This document shows positions 25,732 through 32,797 of a DNA stretch of 32,797 nucleotides, in pieces. Each line of letters starts with the position of its first letter. The stretch's first letter is position 1. The translations under genes were made by a program, and so were the position numbers. The notes beneath the pieces were generated by a model. The model saw only the letters and a program-made list of their open reading frames with translations, ran no database searches and was not told the origin of the DNA. Source of the DNA: Candidatus Micrarchaeota archaeon (GTDB lineage: Archaea > B1Sed10-29); NCBI GenBank assembly GCA_964388265.1, contig CAYLXZ010000006.1:1-32797 (forward strand). Reading direction: 5' to 3'.

Positions 25732-27018
25732 TTATGGATACACTCTATTTATCGTTCTAGGGAACCCTATTGTTTCTCTTATATGCTCCATGTCGAATAA
25801 CCATTTTAAGAGTCTTTCTATTCCTAATCCGAATCCTGAGTGTGGTACTGAACCGTATTTTCTAAGATCTATGTACCATTCATAAGCCTCTTTGCTCATG
25901 TTCCTTTCTTCCAATCTGTTTAGGAGTTCTTCTAGTTTCCAGATTCTTTCTGATCCTCCTATTATTTCTCCATGTCCTTTTGGAGCTAGCATGTCGTTGC
26001 ATAGGACAGTTTCTTCTTCGTCATCGGATTCTGGCATGTAGAATGTTTTTGTTTCTTTTGGCCAGTTGTAGACGATTACCGGTTTCTTTTTGTCTTCTGT
26101 AAGGGCTTCTTCTGCCTTTGAACCTAGGTCATCTCCCCATTCTAGGTTTATGTTTTTATCTTGTAGTTTTTCTAGAGCTTCGCTGTATTTTAGTCTAGGG
26201 AAAGGTGGCTCTATGTTTCTTAGGTGTTCTGGATCTCTGTCAAAGTGTTTTAATAGGTCTTTATGGTTATCTGCGAGCCCTTGGGCTACGTGGGTTATCA
26301 TTTCTTCCTGTAGCTCTATGTTATCTTGGTTTCTGTACCATGCCATCTCTGCTTCTAGGTGCCAGTATTCGGTTAGGTGTCTGCTTGTTCTGGATTTCTC
26401 TGCTCTGAAGCTAGGTGCTATACAGTAAACGTTTTCTAATGAGGTCATGAAGGCTTCTAGGTAGAGTTGAGAGGATTGTGTTAGGTATGCTGTTTCGTCG
26501 AAGTAATCTAGGTTGAATAACGTGGATCCTCCTTCTACTCCGGCTTGAGTAAGTATCGGTGGCTGTACTTCGTAGAAGTCTTTCTGTTCAAAGAAGTCTC
26601 TAAATAACTTTAGGGTTTCTTCACGTGCTTTTATCATTTCTCTTAGTTTGTTGCTTCTTAGCCATAGGTGTCTGACATCCATGAGGAAAGAGGTAGATGG
26701 TTCTTCGGTTATTGGGAACTTCTCTGATTTGTGGTAGTGTTTGAATTTTTCTCCTTCTATTTCGTATCCTCCAGGAGCTCTTTCGTCTTCTTTAACTTTC
26801 CCTATTATCTCTATGCTAGATTCTACTTTTGTATCACTTGCTTCTTCGAACCCGTCACTTTCTGAGTCGAATACACATTGGATGGTTCCGGTTGAATCTC
26901 TTAAGACTATGAATGCTAGGTTTCCTGTTTTTCTTTCTCTGTGTACCCATCCTCTTATCTTTACTTTCTTTCCAGTTTTTTCACTGGTTTTCACGTCCTC
27001 TATCTTGCTGTATTCCAT
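25732..27018 (-). CDS. asnS: Asparagine--tRNA ligase
   Basis: N-terminal OB fold RGWVHR..FIVLRD.TG.IQCV, RHLWLRS, YLTQSSQLYLE, FRAEKSRT.RHL.EYW..EAE, EIIGGSER and WY.DLRKYGSVPHSGFGLGIER. Confidence 0.92.
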   Translation of the reverse strand: MEYSKIEDVKTSEKTGKKVKIRGWVHRERKTGNLAFIVLRDSTGTIQCVFDSESDGFEEASDTKVESSIEIIGKVKEDERAPGGYEIEGEKFKHYHKSEKFPITEEPSTSFLMDVRHLWLRSNKLREMIKAREETLKLFRDFFEQKDFYEVQPPILTQAGVEGGSTLFNLDYFDETAYLTQSSQLYLEAFMTSLENVYCIAPSFRAEKSRTSRHLTEYWHLEAEMAWYRNQDNIELQEEMITHVAQGLADNHKDLLKHFDRDPEHLRNIEPPFPRLKYSEALEKLQDKNINLEWGDDLGSKAEEALTEDKKKPVIVYNWPKETKTFYMPESDDEEETVLCNDMLAPKGHGEIIGGSERIWKLEELLNRLEERNMSKEAYEWYIDLRKYGSVPHSGFGLGIERLLKWLFDMEHIRETIGFPRTINRVYP

Positions 27019-27046
27019 GGTTTCCCGGTTTTCTAATTGGTTGTTT

Positions 27047-28942
27047 TTATTTTAATCTAAGGGAATCTAGGTTATGAGGTACTTTGGTGTTGGCGTTGAA
27101 TTTGTATTTTAGGCTTTCGGCGAGGTTTTTACATTTGCTTTCTTCTCCGTGTACCATCAGAACTTTGTTTGGTTTTGGATTTAGTTTTTTGTAGTATCCT
27201 AGTAATTCGTTTATGTCGGCGTGTCCGCTGAATCCTTTTAGTGACTCTACTCTGGCGTTTACTTCGTATTCTTTGATTTCTCCGTTTCTGTCTTCTAGTG
27301 CTACTTTTTCCGCTCCTTTCTCTACTTTTCTTCCGAGTGTACCTTTTGCTTGGTATCCTACGAATATAACGGAGTTCTTTGGATCTTCTGTTATGTTCTT
27401 GAAGTACTCTATTACTGGTCCTCCTGACATCATCCCGCTTGGTGATAGTACTACTGATTTTCCTCTTTCTATTATTTCTTCTCTTTCGTCTGGATCTACT
27501 CTTTGGAATATTTCTGAGTCGAATGGAGAGTCGTCGTGGAGTATTCTGTTCTTCACGTTTTTCTTCAGGAGCTCTGGGTAGGCTGTGTGGATTGCTGATG
27601 CTTCTTTTGTCATTCCGTCTATGTATACGGGTATGTCGAAGTCGTTTTTCTTGTGGTATTCTTCTAGTATGAGCATTATTACTTGTGCTCTTCCTACTCC
27701 GAATACTGGTATTAACGCGATTCCGTTTTGGTTTGTTGTTTCTTCTATTATTTTCATTAGTTCTTTTTTTCCTTTTCTTGTGTCTTTCTGTCGGTCGTTT
27801 TGTCCTCCGTAGGTGCTTTCCATTAGTAGTGTCTCTACTCTTGGGAAGTTGGTGTGTGCGGGGTTTAGTAGTTCTGTGTATCCGAATTTTAGGTCTCCTG
27901 TGTACACTAGGTTGTGTTCTCCTTCTCCGATGTGTAGGTGGGAGATGCTTGATCCTAGTATGTGTCCTGCGTTGTGTAGTGTGAGTCTTATGTCTGGTGT
28001 TATGTCTGTGACTTCTCCGTAGGATTTGGTTATGGAGTGCATTAGTTGTTTCTTTATGTTTTTCTCTGTGTATGGTGGTGATTCTCCTTCTCTATGGCTT
28101 ATTTTCACGTAGTCTTTTTGTAGTAGTGTCATTAGGTCTCTTGTTGGTTCTGTTGAGTATACTGGTCCTTCGTATCCGTATTCGTAGAGGTATGGGATGA
28201 ACCCTGAGTGGTCGAGGTGGGCGTGGCTTACTATCACTCCGTCTAGTTCGTCGAGTGAGAAGTTTATGGAGTTTAGGTAGGGGTATGCTCCTTCGTCTTT
28301 TCCGTCTACTTTTACTCCTGCGTCGAGGAATACTTTGCTTGTTGGTGTTTCTAGTAGGAAACAGCTTCTTCCTACTTCTCTGCTTGCTCCTAGTGAACTT
28401 ATTCTTACCCATTTGGTTTCTTCTGGTGGTTCTCGGAATATTTGTTTCCCGAAATCTTTTAGTATCTTTTTTCTTTCTTTGCTTTCTTCTATCATCATGT
28501 TTCTTATGGCTTTCAGGGTTTCTGATTCTCCTGTAGGTTTTCTCAGGAGTTTTGGTTTCCATCCTGTCTTGCTGTTTATTTTCTTTATTGTTTTTCCGTT
28601 TTTCCCTATTATTAGGCCTAGTTTCTTGGCTTCTATGTTTACTTCGTTGAAGTCTTCGTTGAATCTTATTGATTCTATGCCTGCGTCCCCTGGTATTATG
28701 TCTTCTATCATCTCTTCTGATTTTTCCGGTGGCTCTAGCATTGAGGAGTCGGCTCTTGGTACGAATCTTTTCTTGAATTTCTTTGCTAGGTCTCGGATTA
28801 TCTGTTCGTCGTTGAGTAGCTTGGATATGTTTTTTGAGTATAGGACTAGGTCTGGTCCTTCTGCTTCTATGTTTGTTACCATTGCTTCTTTTGGCACTTC
28901 GTCTTTTATGTTTTCTTTGAGGTTCTTCAAGTAGTTTACCAT
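27047..28942 (-). CDS. fttA: aCPSF1/FttA KH-MBL-beta-CASP ribonuclease and transcription termination factor
   Basis: N-terminal KH region (EGP.LV.Y, GLIIGKNG), EVGRSC, SHAHLDH, AGHILGS, MESTYGG, GFSGHAD and VHGE. Lies downstream of psmB, the usual archaeal synteny. Confidence 0.95.
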   Translation of the reverse strand: MVNYLKNLKENIKDEVPKEAMVTNIEAEGPDLVLYSKNISKLLNDEQIIRDLAKKFKKRFVPRADSSMLEPPEKSEEMIEDIIPGDAGIESIRFNEDFNEVNIEAKKLGLIIGKNGKTIKKINSKTGWKPKLLRKPTGESETLKAIRNMMIEESKERKKILKDFGKQIFREPPEETKWVRISSLGASREVGRSCFLLETPTSKVFLDAGVKVDGKDEGAYPYLNSINFSLDELDGVIVSHAHLDHSGFIPYLYEYGYEGPVYSTEPTRDLMTLLQKDYVKISHREGESPPYTEKNIKKQLMHSITKSYGEVTDITPDIRLTLHNAGHILGSSISHLHIGEGEHNLVYTGDLKFGYTELLNPAHTNFPRVETLLMESTYGGQNDRQKDTRKGKKELMKIIEETTNQNGIALIPVFGVGRAQVIMLILEEYHKKNDFDIPVYIDGMTKEASAIHTAYPELLKKNVKNRILHDDSPFDSEIFQRVDPDEREEIIERGKSVVLSPSGMMSGGPVIEYFKNITEDPKNSVIFVGYQAKGTLGRKVEKGAEKVALEDRNGEIKEYEVNARVESLKGFSGHADINELLGYYKKLNPKPNKVLMVHGEESKCKNLAESLKYKFNANTKVPHNLDSLRLK

Positions 28943-28976
28943 GTTATTCTCCTTTTTTAGTGGTTGTAGATCTTTA

Positions 28977-29030
28977 GTTTTATCGATAAAATCTCTGGGT
29001 GATGGGGTTTGGGTGAGCCTTCCAGAGATT
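28977..29030. repeat. Palindrome plus hairpin in the psmB-fttA spacer
   Basis: Perfect 14-bp palindrome TTTTATCGATAAAA (28978-28991) and a 9-bp stem AATCTCTGG/CCAGAGATT (28990-29030). Confidence 0.75.
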
Positions 29031-29035
29031 GTGAG

Positions 29036-29692
29036 TTATATTTTTCTTAGATTGATATCTTCTTTAAGTTCTTCTATTTCTTCTTGTGTGTATTTCTTAG
29101 ATCCTTCTTCCGTGATCTTCATTAGATGTATGTTTTTTCCTCCGCTTGCTGAGTCTCTTTCTTTCGCGGCGTGGATGGCTTTCAGTGCTATTTTGATGTT
29201 TTCATCTATAGAGTTTTCTTCTTCGTAGTAGTTTTCTAGTACTCCGTAGGCTACTTGGGATCCTGAGCCTGTTGCTGCTGCTTTTTTCTCCATTTTCCCT
29301 CCTAGTGCGTCGAGGGAGTATAGTTTTGGTTCGTTTTTGTATCCTCCCATTAGGAGTTGGATGTAGTATGGTAGTACTTTGTTTCTTTGAAGCACGTTAG
29401 CTAGTAGCGTGGCTGCGGATTCTGTGGTTATTGTTTTCTTTCTTTCGAGTTGGTAGAGGTTTGTTTCTGCTTGCATTATTCTTCCTAGGGTCTGTGCGTC
29501 TCCTACGCTTCCTGCTATAGTTACTGATATGTGATCTTGGATTGGAATTATCTTTTCTGCGTATTTGTCTGCTACTAGTCTTCCTAGTGATGCTTGGCTT
29601 TCTGTTGCGAGCACTATTCCTTCTTCGGATTTAAGTCCGACTGTGGTGGTTCCTGTTTCTTTTTCTTGGGCGGATTTTCTATCTGCTACCAT
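29036..29692 (-). CDS. psmB: Proteasome beta subunit
   Basis: Propeptide ending ETG|TTTVG, then IAGSVGDAQ, LYSLD..GG, ATGSGS..AYGVLE and ERDSASG. Confidence 0.96.
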   Translation of the reverse strand: MVADRKSAQEKETGTTTVGLKSEEGIVLATESQASLGRLVADKYAEKIIPIQDHISVTIAGSVGDAQTLGRIMQAETNLYQLERKKTITTESAATLLANVLQRNKVLPYYIQLLMGGYKNEPKLYSLDALGGKMEKKAAATGSGSQVAYGVLENYYEEENSIDENIKIALKAIHAAKERDSASGGKNIHLMKITEEGSKKYTQEEIEELKEDINLRKI

Positions 29693-29786
29693 TGAAAAAC
29701 ATCCTGGTAAAATAGTTTAAAATAAGGTTAGTTGAGTGAGTTAATAACCTTCTGTAGAGCGAAGTATTTAAAGTTTTCCACTATAT

Positions 29787-30467
29787 TCACTCTTCCTCTT
29801 CATCTTCCTCTTTTTCTGTTTCCCGAATCTCTACTTCCTCGTAATCCGTGTTTTCTTTTATCTCTTCTTTTAGTTTGTCTTTTATCTCTTCTTCGTCTTC
29901 TTCTATAGTGTCTTCAGGTATCTTGATCACTATTTCGTTTTCTTCTTTTTCTTCTGTGTCTATTTCGTCTTCTTCTAGATCTAACAGTTTTTTTGATAGG
30001 CTACCTGCTTTCTCTTCATCTTCTTTAATTTTTTCAATTAGTTTAAGATCGTATTTTAGGTTTTTCCCGGCTAGGGGGTTGTTGAAGTCTACTCTTACTC
30101 TTCCTCCTGATACTGTTTGAATCTTAGCTGGTTTACCGTCCAGGAGAACTCTTAATCCGGGTGCTGGATTTACTTTTGTGTCTTCGAAGTCTTTCTTCGG
30201 TACCATATCTACTTTGGATGGGTCTCTTTTCCCGTAGGCTTTCTCTGGTGGTAGTTCTATGGTTTTTTCCTGTTCTTCATCCATGTCTTTCAGTGCTTCT
30301 ATGACTCCTTCGACCATTTCTTCTTCATCCGTGATTGTCTTTGAACCGTAGTTGAACTTCTCGTTGTATATGTCTTCTTCTTTTGCCTTCTCTTTGTCTG
30401 TGGTGTCGAATATTCTTCCTGTTCTCTTTATCTTACCGGTGTATTCTATCTTGAAGAATTCATCCAT
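29787..30467 (-). CDS. FKBP-type peptidyl-prolyl isomerase, archaeal long type (IF domain, acidic C-terminus)
   Basis: IEYTG....FDTT, PPEKAYGKRDP and GGRVRVDFNNPLAGK.L.Y. Confidence 0.92.
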   Translation of the reverse strand: MDEFFKIEYTGKIKRTGRIFDTTDKEKAKEEDIYNEKFNYGSKTITDEEEMVEGVIEALKDMDEEQEKTIELPPEKAYGKRDPSKVDMVPKKDFEDTKVNPAPGLRVLLDGKPAKIQTVSGGRVRVDFNNPLAGKNLKYDLKLIEKIKEDEEKAGSLSKKLLDLEEDEIDTEEKEENEIVIKIPEDTIEEDEEEIKDKLKEEIKENTDYEEVEIRETEKEEDEEEE

Positions 30468-30619
30468 GTTACCTTCTCCTGTGGTGTTAGAGGTAAATTT
30501 AAATACTTCGAATGTATTTCTTGTATAGAGGTTAATTAACCTATTGTTTCTCCAGTCACGGAGGCAATAAACTCGTAGGAATTTAAACTCCTGTAAACAA
30601 AAGTATTCAAGGTGATTAA

Positions 30620-31765
30620 GTGAAGAAAAGCGGTTTCATATTAATAGCTATAATCGTTGTAGGGTTGTCTCTAGGACCATTAACCTATTTCTCAGGAATC
30701 GGAGGCGACGGAAAAGAACTCGGACCAGCCAACGAAACCCAGGGAAACCAAGAGAACTTCTATGTAGCTTCATCGAACTTCACAGGATACGTGGAAGAGG
30801 TAGAACCCTACGTGTACTTCGAAGGAATAAAAGAAAGCAACAACGCCACTAAAGCAAAGGAGGAGATCGCTTCAGTTCTTCCAGAAATCGAGAACTATTC
30901 TCTAGGTCTTGAATTAGGTCAAAACGGATGGATTTATAGTATAAAAGTTCCTGTGGAAAACTTATCTCATGCGAGTGAGGTAGGGTTTAAGCTTGACTTC
31001 CTTCTCTCTTTGTATTATTCTGATTCAGTTAATCCTTACAAGCCTGCTAAAGTAAAGATGCCAGATACTGTGAAGGGTAAAACTAAGGAAGGAGAAATAA
31101 TAAATATTAAAACCAGTAATAAAACAGTAGATTCTACTTTAGTGTATTCTGAAGAGGGGGGAGATGTAAAAATATCTTGTTCAAGACTTCTAACAAGTTT
31201 GAATGGTGAATTAACAGAAAATATGGGTCAGTGTGCTCAACCTAAGCTTAGTTTGTATAAAAAAGCAGATAAAGAAAATATTAAAGATCTTGAGTATATA
31301 GTTACAAAAGACCACTTTGAAAGGGTAGGTGGAAAGACTCATAAGTTAAATCAAACTCTTAATATCACGGATCGGAAATATAGAGCAATTTATTCATATA
31401 ACAACACTAATAAAGCTATGCAAGTGATTAATACCATCGATTCAGAAGTAAAACCAAGGGATGGATCTAAAACTATAACAATAATAGATGAAAACCACTC
31501 GAATCTCTTAAAATCTATGGATAAGCTTAATGATGGAGGACTGAAGCAAAGAAGCCCTATAGGGAAAATAGTAGAAGTAGATATACCTGAAAAGATAGAA
31601 GTTGGGGAGAAACAATTTCCTATATTAAGGCCAAAGTTAAACTCGGCGAAATTAAGTGTTCCAATGCAACTTGATAAGGATAAGGTGAAATGTGAAGTTA
31701 CTTATGGTATCCTTTATGGATACGTCTTTGCCACCCCTGAAGTTAGATTCGTTGGAGATGTCTAA
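30620..31765 (+). CDS. Hypothetical exported or membrane-anchored glycoprotein
   Basis: Signal/anchor MKKSGFILIAIIVVGLSLG, about ten N-x-S/T sequons, beta-rich sequence, and GGTGA before the GTG start. Confidence 0.75.
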   Translation: MKKSGFILIAIIVVGLSLGPLTYFSGIGGDGKELGPANETQGNQENFYVASSNFTGYVEEVEPYVYFEGIKESNNATKAKEEIASVLPEIENYSLGLELGQNGWIYSIKVPVENLSHASEVGFKLDFLLSLYYSDSVNPYKPAKVKMPDTVKGKTKEGEIINIKTSNKTVDSTLVYSEEGGDVKISCSRLLTSLNGELTENMGQCAQPKLSLYKKADKENIKDLEYIVTKDHFERVGGKTHKLNQTLNITDRKYRAIYSYNNTNKAMQVINTIDSEVKPRDGSKTITIIDENHSNLLKSMDKLNDGGLKQRSPIGKIVEVDIPEKIEVGEKQFPILRPKLNSAKLSVPMQLDKDKVKCEVTYGILYGYVFATPEVRFVGDV

Positions 31766-31769
31766 TAAT

Positions 31770-32096
31770 TTAAGATAGCTCCATTATTGCTTCGGCTATC
31801 TCTCCATCTGTTTCTTCCAGAGCTTTCTTTGCTTCTTCTTTGGATGCGTCTGCTTTTTCAGCTACTGTTTCCACGTCTTCGTCTGTGTAGCTTTTCTTCT
31901 TTCCTTTCTGGATGTCTCCCATTACTTGGAATGTTTTCTTTCCTTTCATGTCGATTAATGTTACTTTTGGGTTTTTGACAACGTAGTTGTCTTCTCCTTT
32001 GATCACTACTTCCTCTGCGTTCACTTCTTCGGTCTCTAGACCTAGTTGCTTCATCATCTTCTGCATTTTACTTGGATCCATTGATCCTGGCATCAT
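31770..32096 (-). CDS. nac: Nascent polypeptide-associated complex protein
   Basis: M.KMMKQLG, EEVVIK...V..P.V..I...G..TFQV.G and C-terminal UBA-like EDV..VAE.A..S.EEA.KALEET.G.IAEAIM.L. Confidence 0.95.
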   Translation of the reverse strand: MMPGSMDPSKMQKMMKQLGLETEEVNAEEVVIKGEDNYVVKNPKVTLIDMKGKKTFQVMGDIQKGKKKSYTDEDVETVAEKADASKEEAKKALEETDGEIAEAIMELS

Positions 32097-32141
32097 AGTT
32101 GAACCTCCATGTTTAAATTGTATATTCTTTTTATCTAATAT

Positions 32142-32780
32142 ATGTCCACAATACTAGGAAGGTTCTCGGAGTATTTAAACCTAAAGTCCCTGACAGGAGA
32201 AGATCTACCTGAGACCGAGGAAGCGATTCAAAACTACCTTGACCAAGGTGGATTGCTCAAAGTAGATGATTCAGGGGACGGAGAACCAGAATTGATCTAT
32301 CCAGGTGCTGAGAGGATAAAGAAACAGCTGAGAAACGTTAAGAAGAAGGAAAAGTTTCTTCAGAAGGAGATTCTGAACCTCAGGAGAAAGAAGGGAGATA
32401 AGACAAGCGAGGCAGTTAAGTCGATTAAGAAGACATTTGACCCTCTTTACTGGGAACATAAATACAAGATGAGGACTGACGAAGAATACAAGGAAACCTA
32501 CGAGGAGCTGGAGCCACCTATAGAGAAGATTAATGACCCTGAATGGAGAAACATGCTTAACATGTTCATAAAAGAACCTGAATACAGAGAAAGATTACTC
32601 GAAGCAGCTAGAAGCGAGATATCTGAAGGGAAAGGAACCATGAGGGATCAGATGAAGGAAAGAGAAGAATTCAGCAAAGAAGTAATAGACAAAAGACTAA
32701 AAAAACTTCAAGATAAACTCGAGAACTTCAGAGAGAAACGAAAAGCTCTAAAAGTCCTGCTCAAATGGGCAGGGAACTAA
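32142..32780 (+). CDS. Hypothetical coiled-coil protein
   Basis: 212-aa K/E-rich ORF divergent from nac. No family recognised. Confidence 0.75.
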   Translation: MSTILGRFSEYLNLKSLTGEDLPETEEAIQNYLDQGGLLKVDDSGDGEPELIYPGAERIKKQLRNVKKKEKFLQKEILNLRRKKGDKTSEAVKSIKKTFDPLYWEHKYKMRTDEEYKETYEELEPPIEKINDPEWRNMLNMFIKEPEYRERLLEAARSEISEGKGTMRDQMKEREEFSKEVIDKRLKKLQDKLENFREKRKALKVLLKWAGN

Positions 32781-32797
32781 AAAAAAAGATTTAAATA

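Noticed and set aside
1..32797. tRNA, rRNA, CRISPR arrays, integrase or provirus, defence island
   Set aside because: I saw no GC-rich cloverleaf or rRNA-like tract, no periodic repeats and no mobile-element proteins. Non-coding gaps are all under ~200 nt. A tRNAscan/Infernal run would be needed to exclude small RNAs formally.

Overview
This is a gene-dense, AT-rich archaeal chromosomal segment. The archaeal call rests on NAC, proteasome beta, KH-containing aCPSF1/FttA, DtdA, AK6, Lhr, a GAN/RecJ-like nuclease, geranylgeranyl reductase, TTTAAATA/TTTATA TATA boxes and several apparently leaderless genes. The compactness suggests a small-genome, possibly DPANN-like lineage, which is inference only. 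Most genes are housekeeping: tandem thyX-glyA-dfx-ferritin-like, two Kef-type antiporters, translin, lhr, nfo, dtdA, a second KH-less beta-CASP RNase, ferredoxin-GGR, rhomboid, a short Rqc2/NFACT, a PRC-barrel protein, asnS, psmB and FKBP. I saw no rRNA, tRNA, CRISPR or transposase. Reading the DNA directly gave short genes that the ORF track misses or mis-starts: a 59-aa ferredoxin, two 45-aa Zn-finger microproteins and a 33-aa membrane peptide. The most unusual items are: (1) a rhomboid protease with a ~110-aa sequon-rich coiled coil inserted between its catalytic Ser and His; (2) three colinear sequence blocks plus hairpins shared by the upstream regions of the two beta-CASP RNase genes; (3) a HypC-like domain with an internal Cys, paired with a Zn microprotein and with no hydrogenase in the window; (4) a tandem ThyX whose halves have lost complementary motifs; (5) an encapsulin-cargo-type ferritin with no shell gene in the window; (6) a duplicated start cassette making a uORF before the ferredoxin. 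All family calls come from motif recognition by eye, and no database searches were run.
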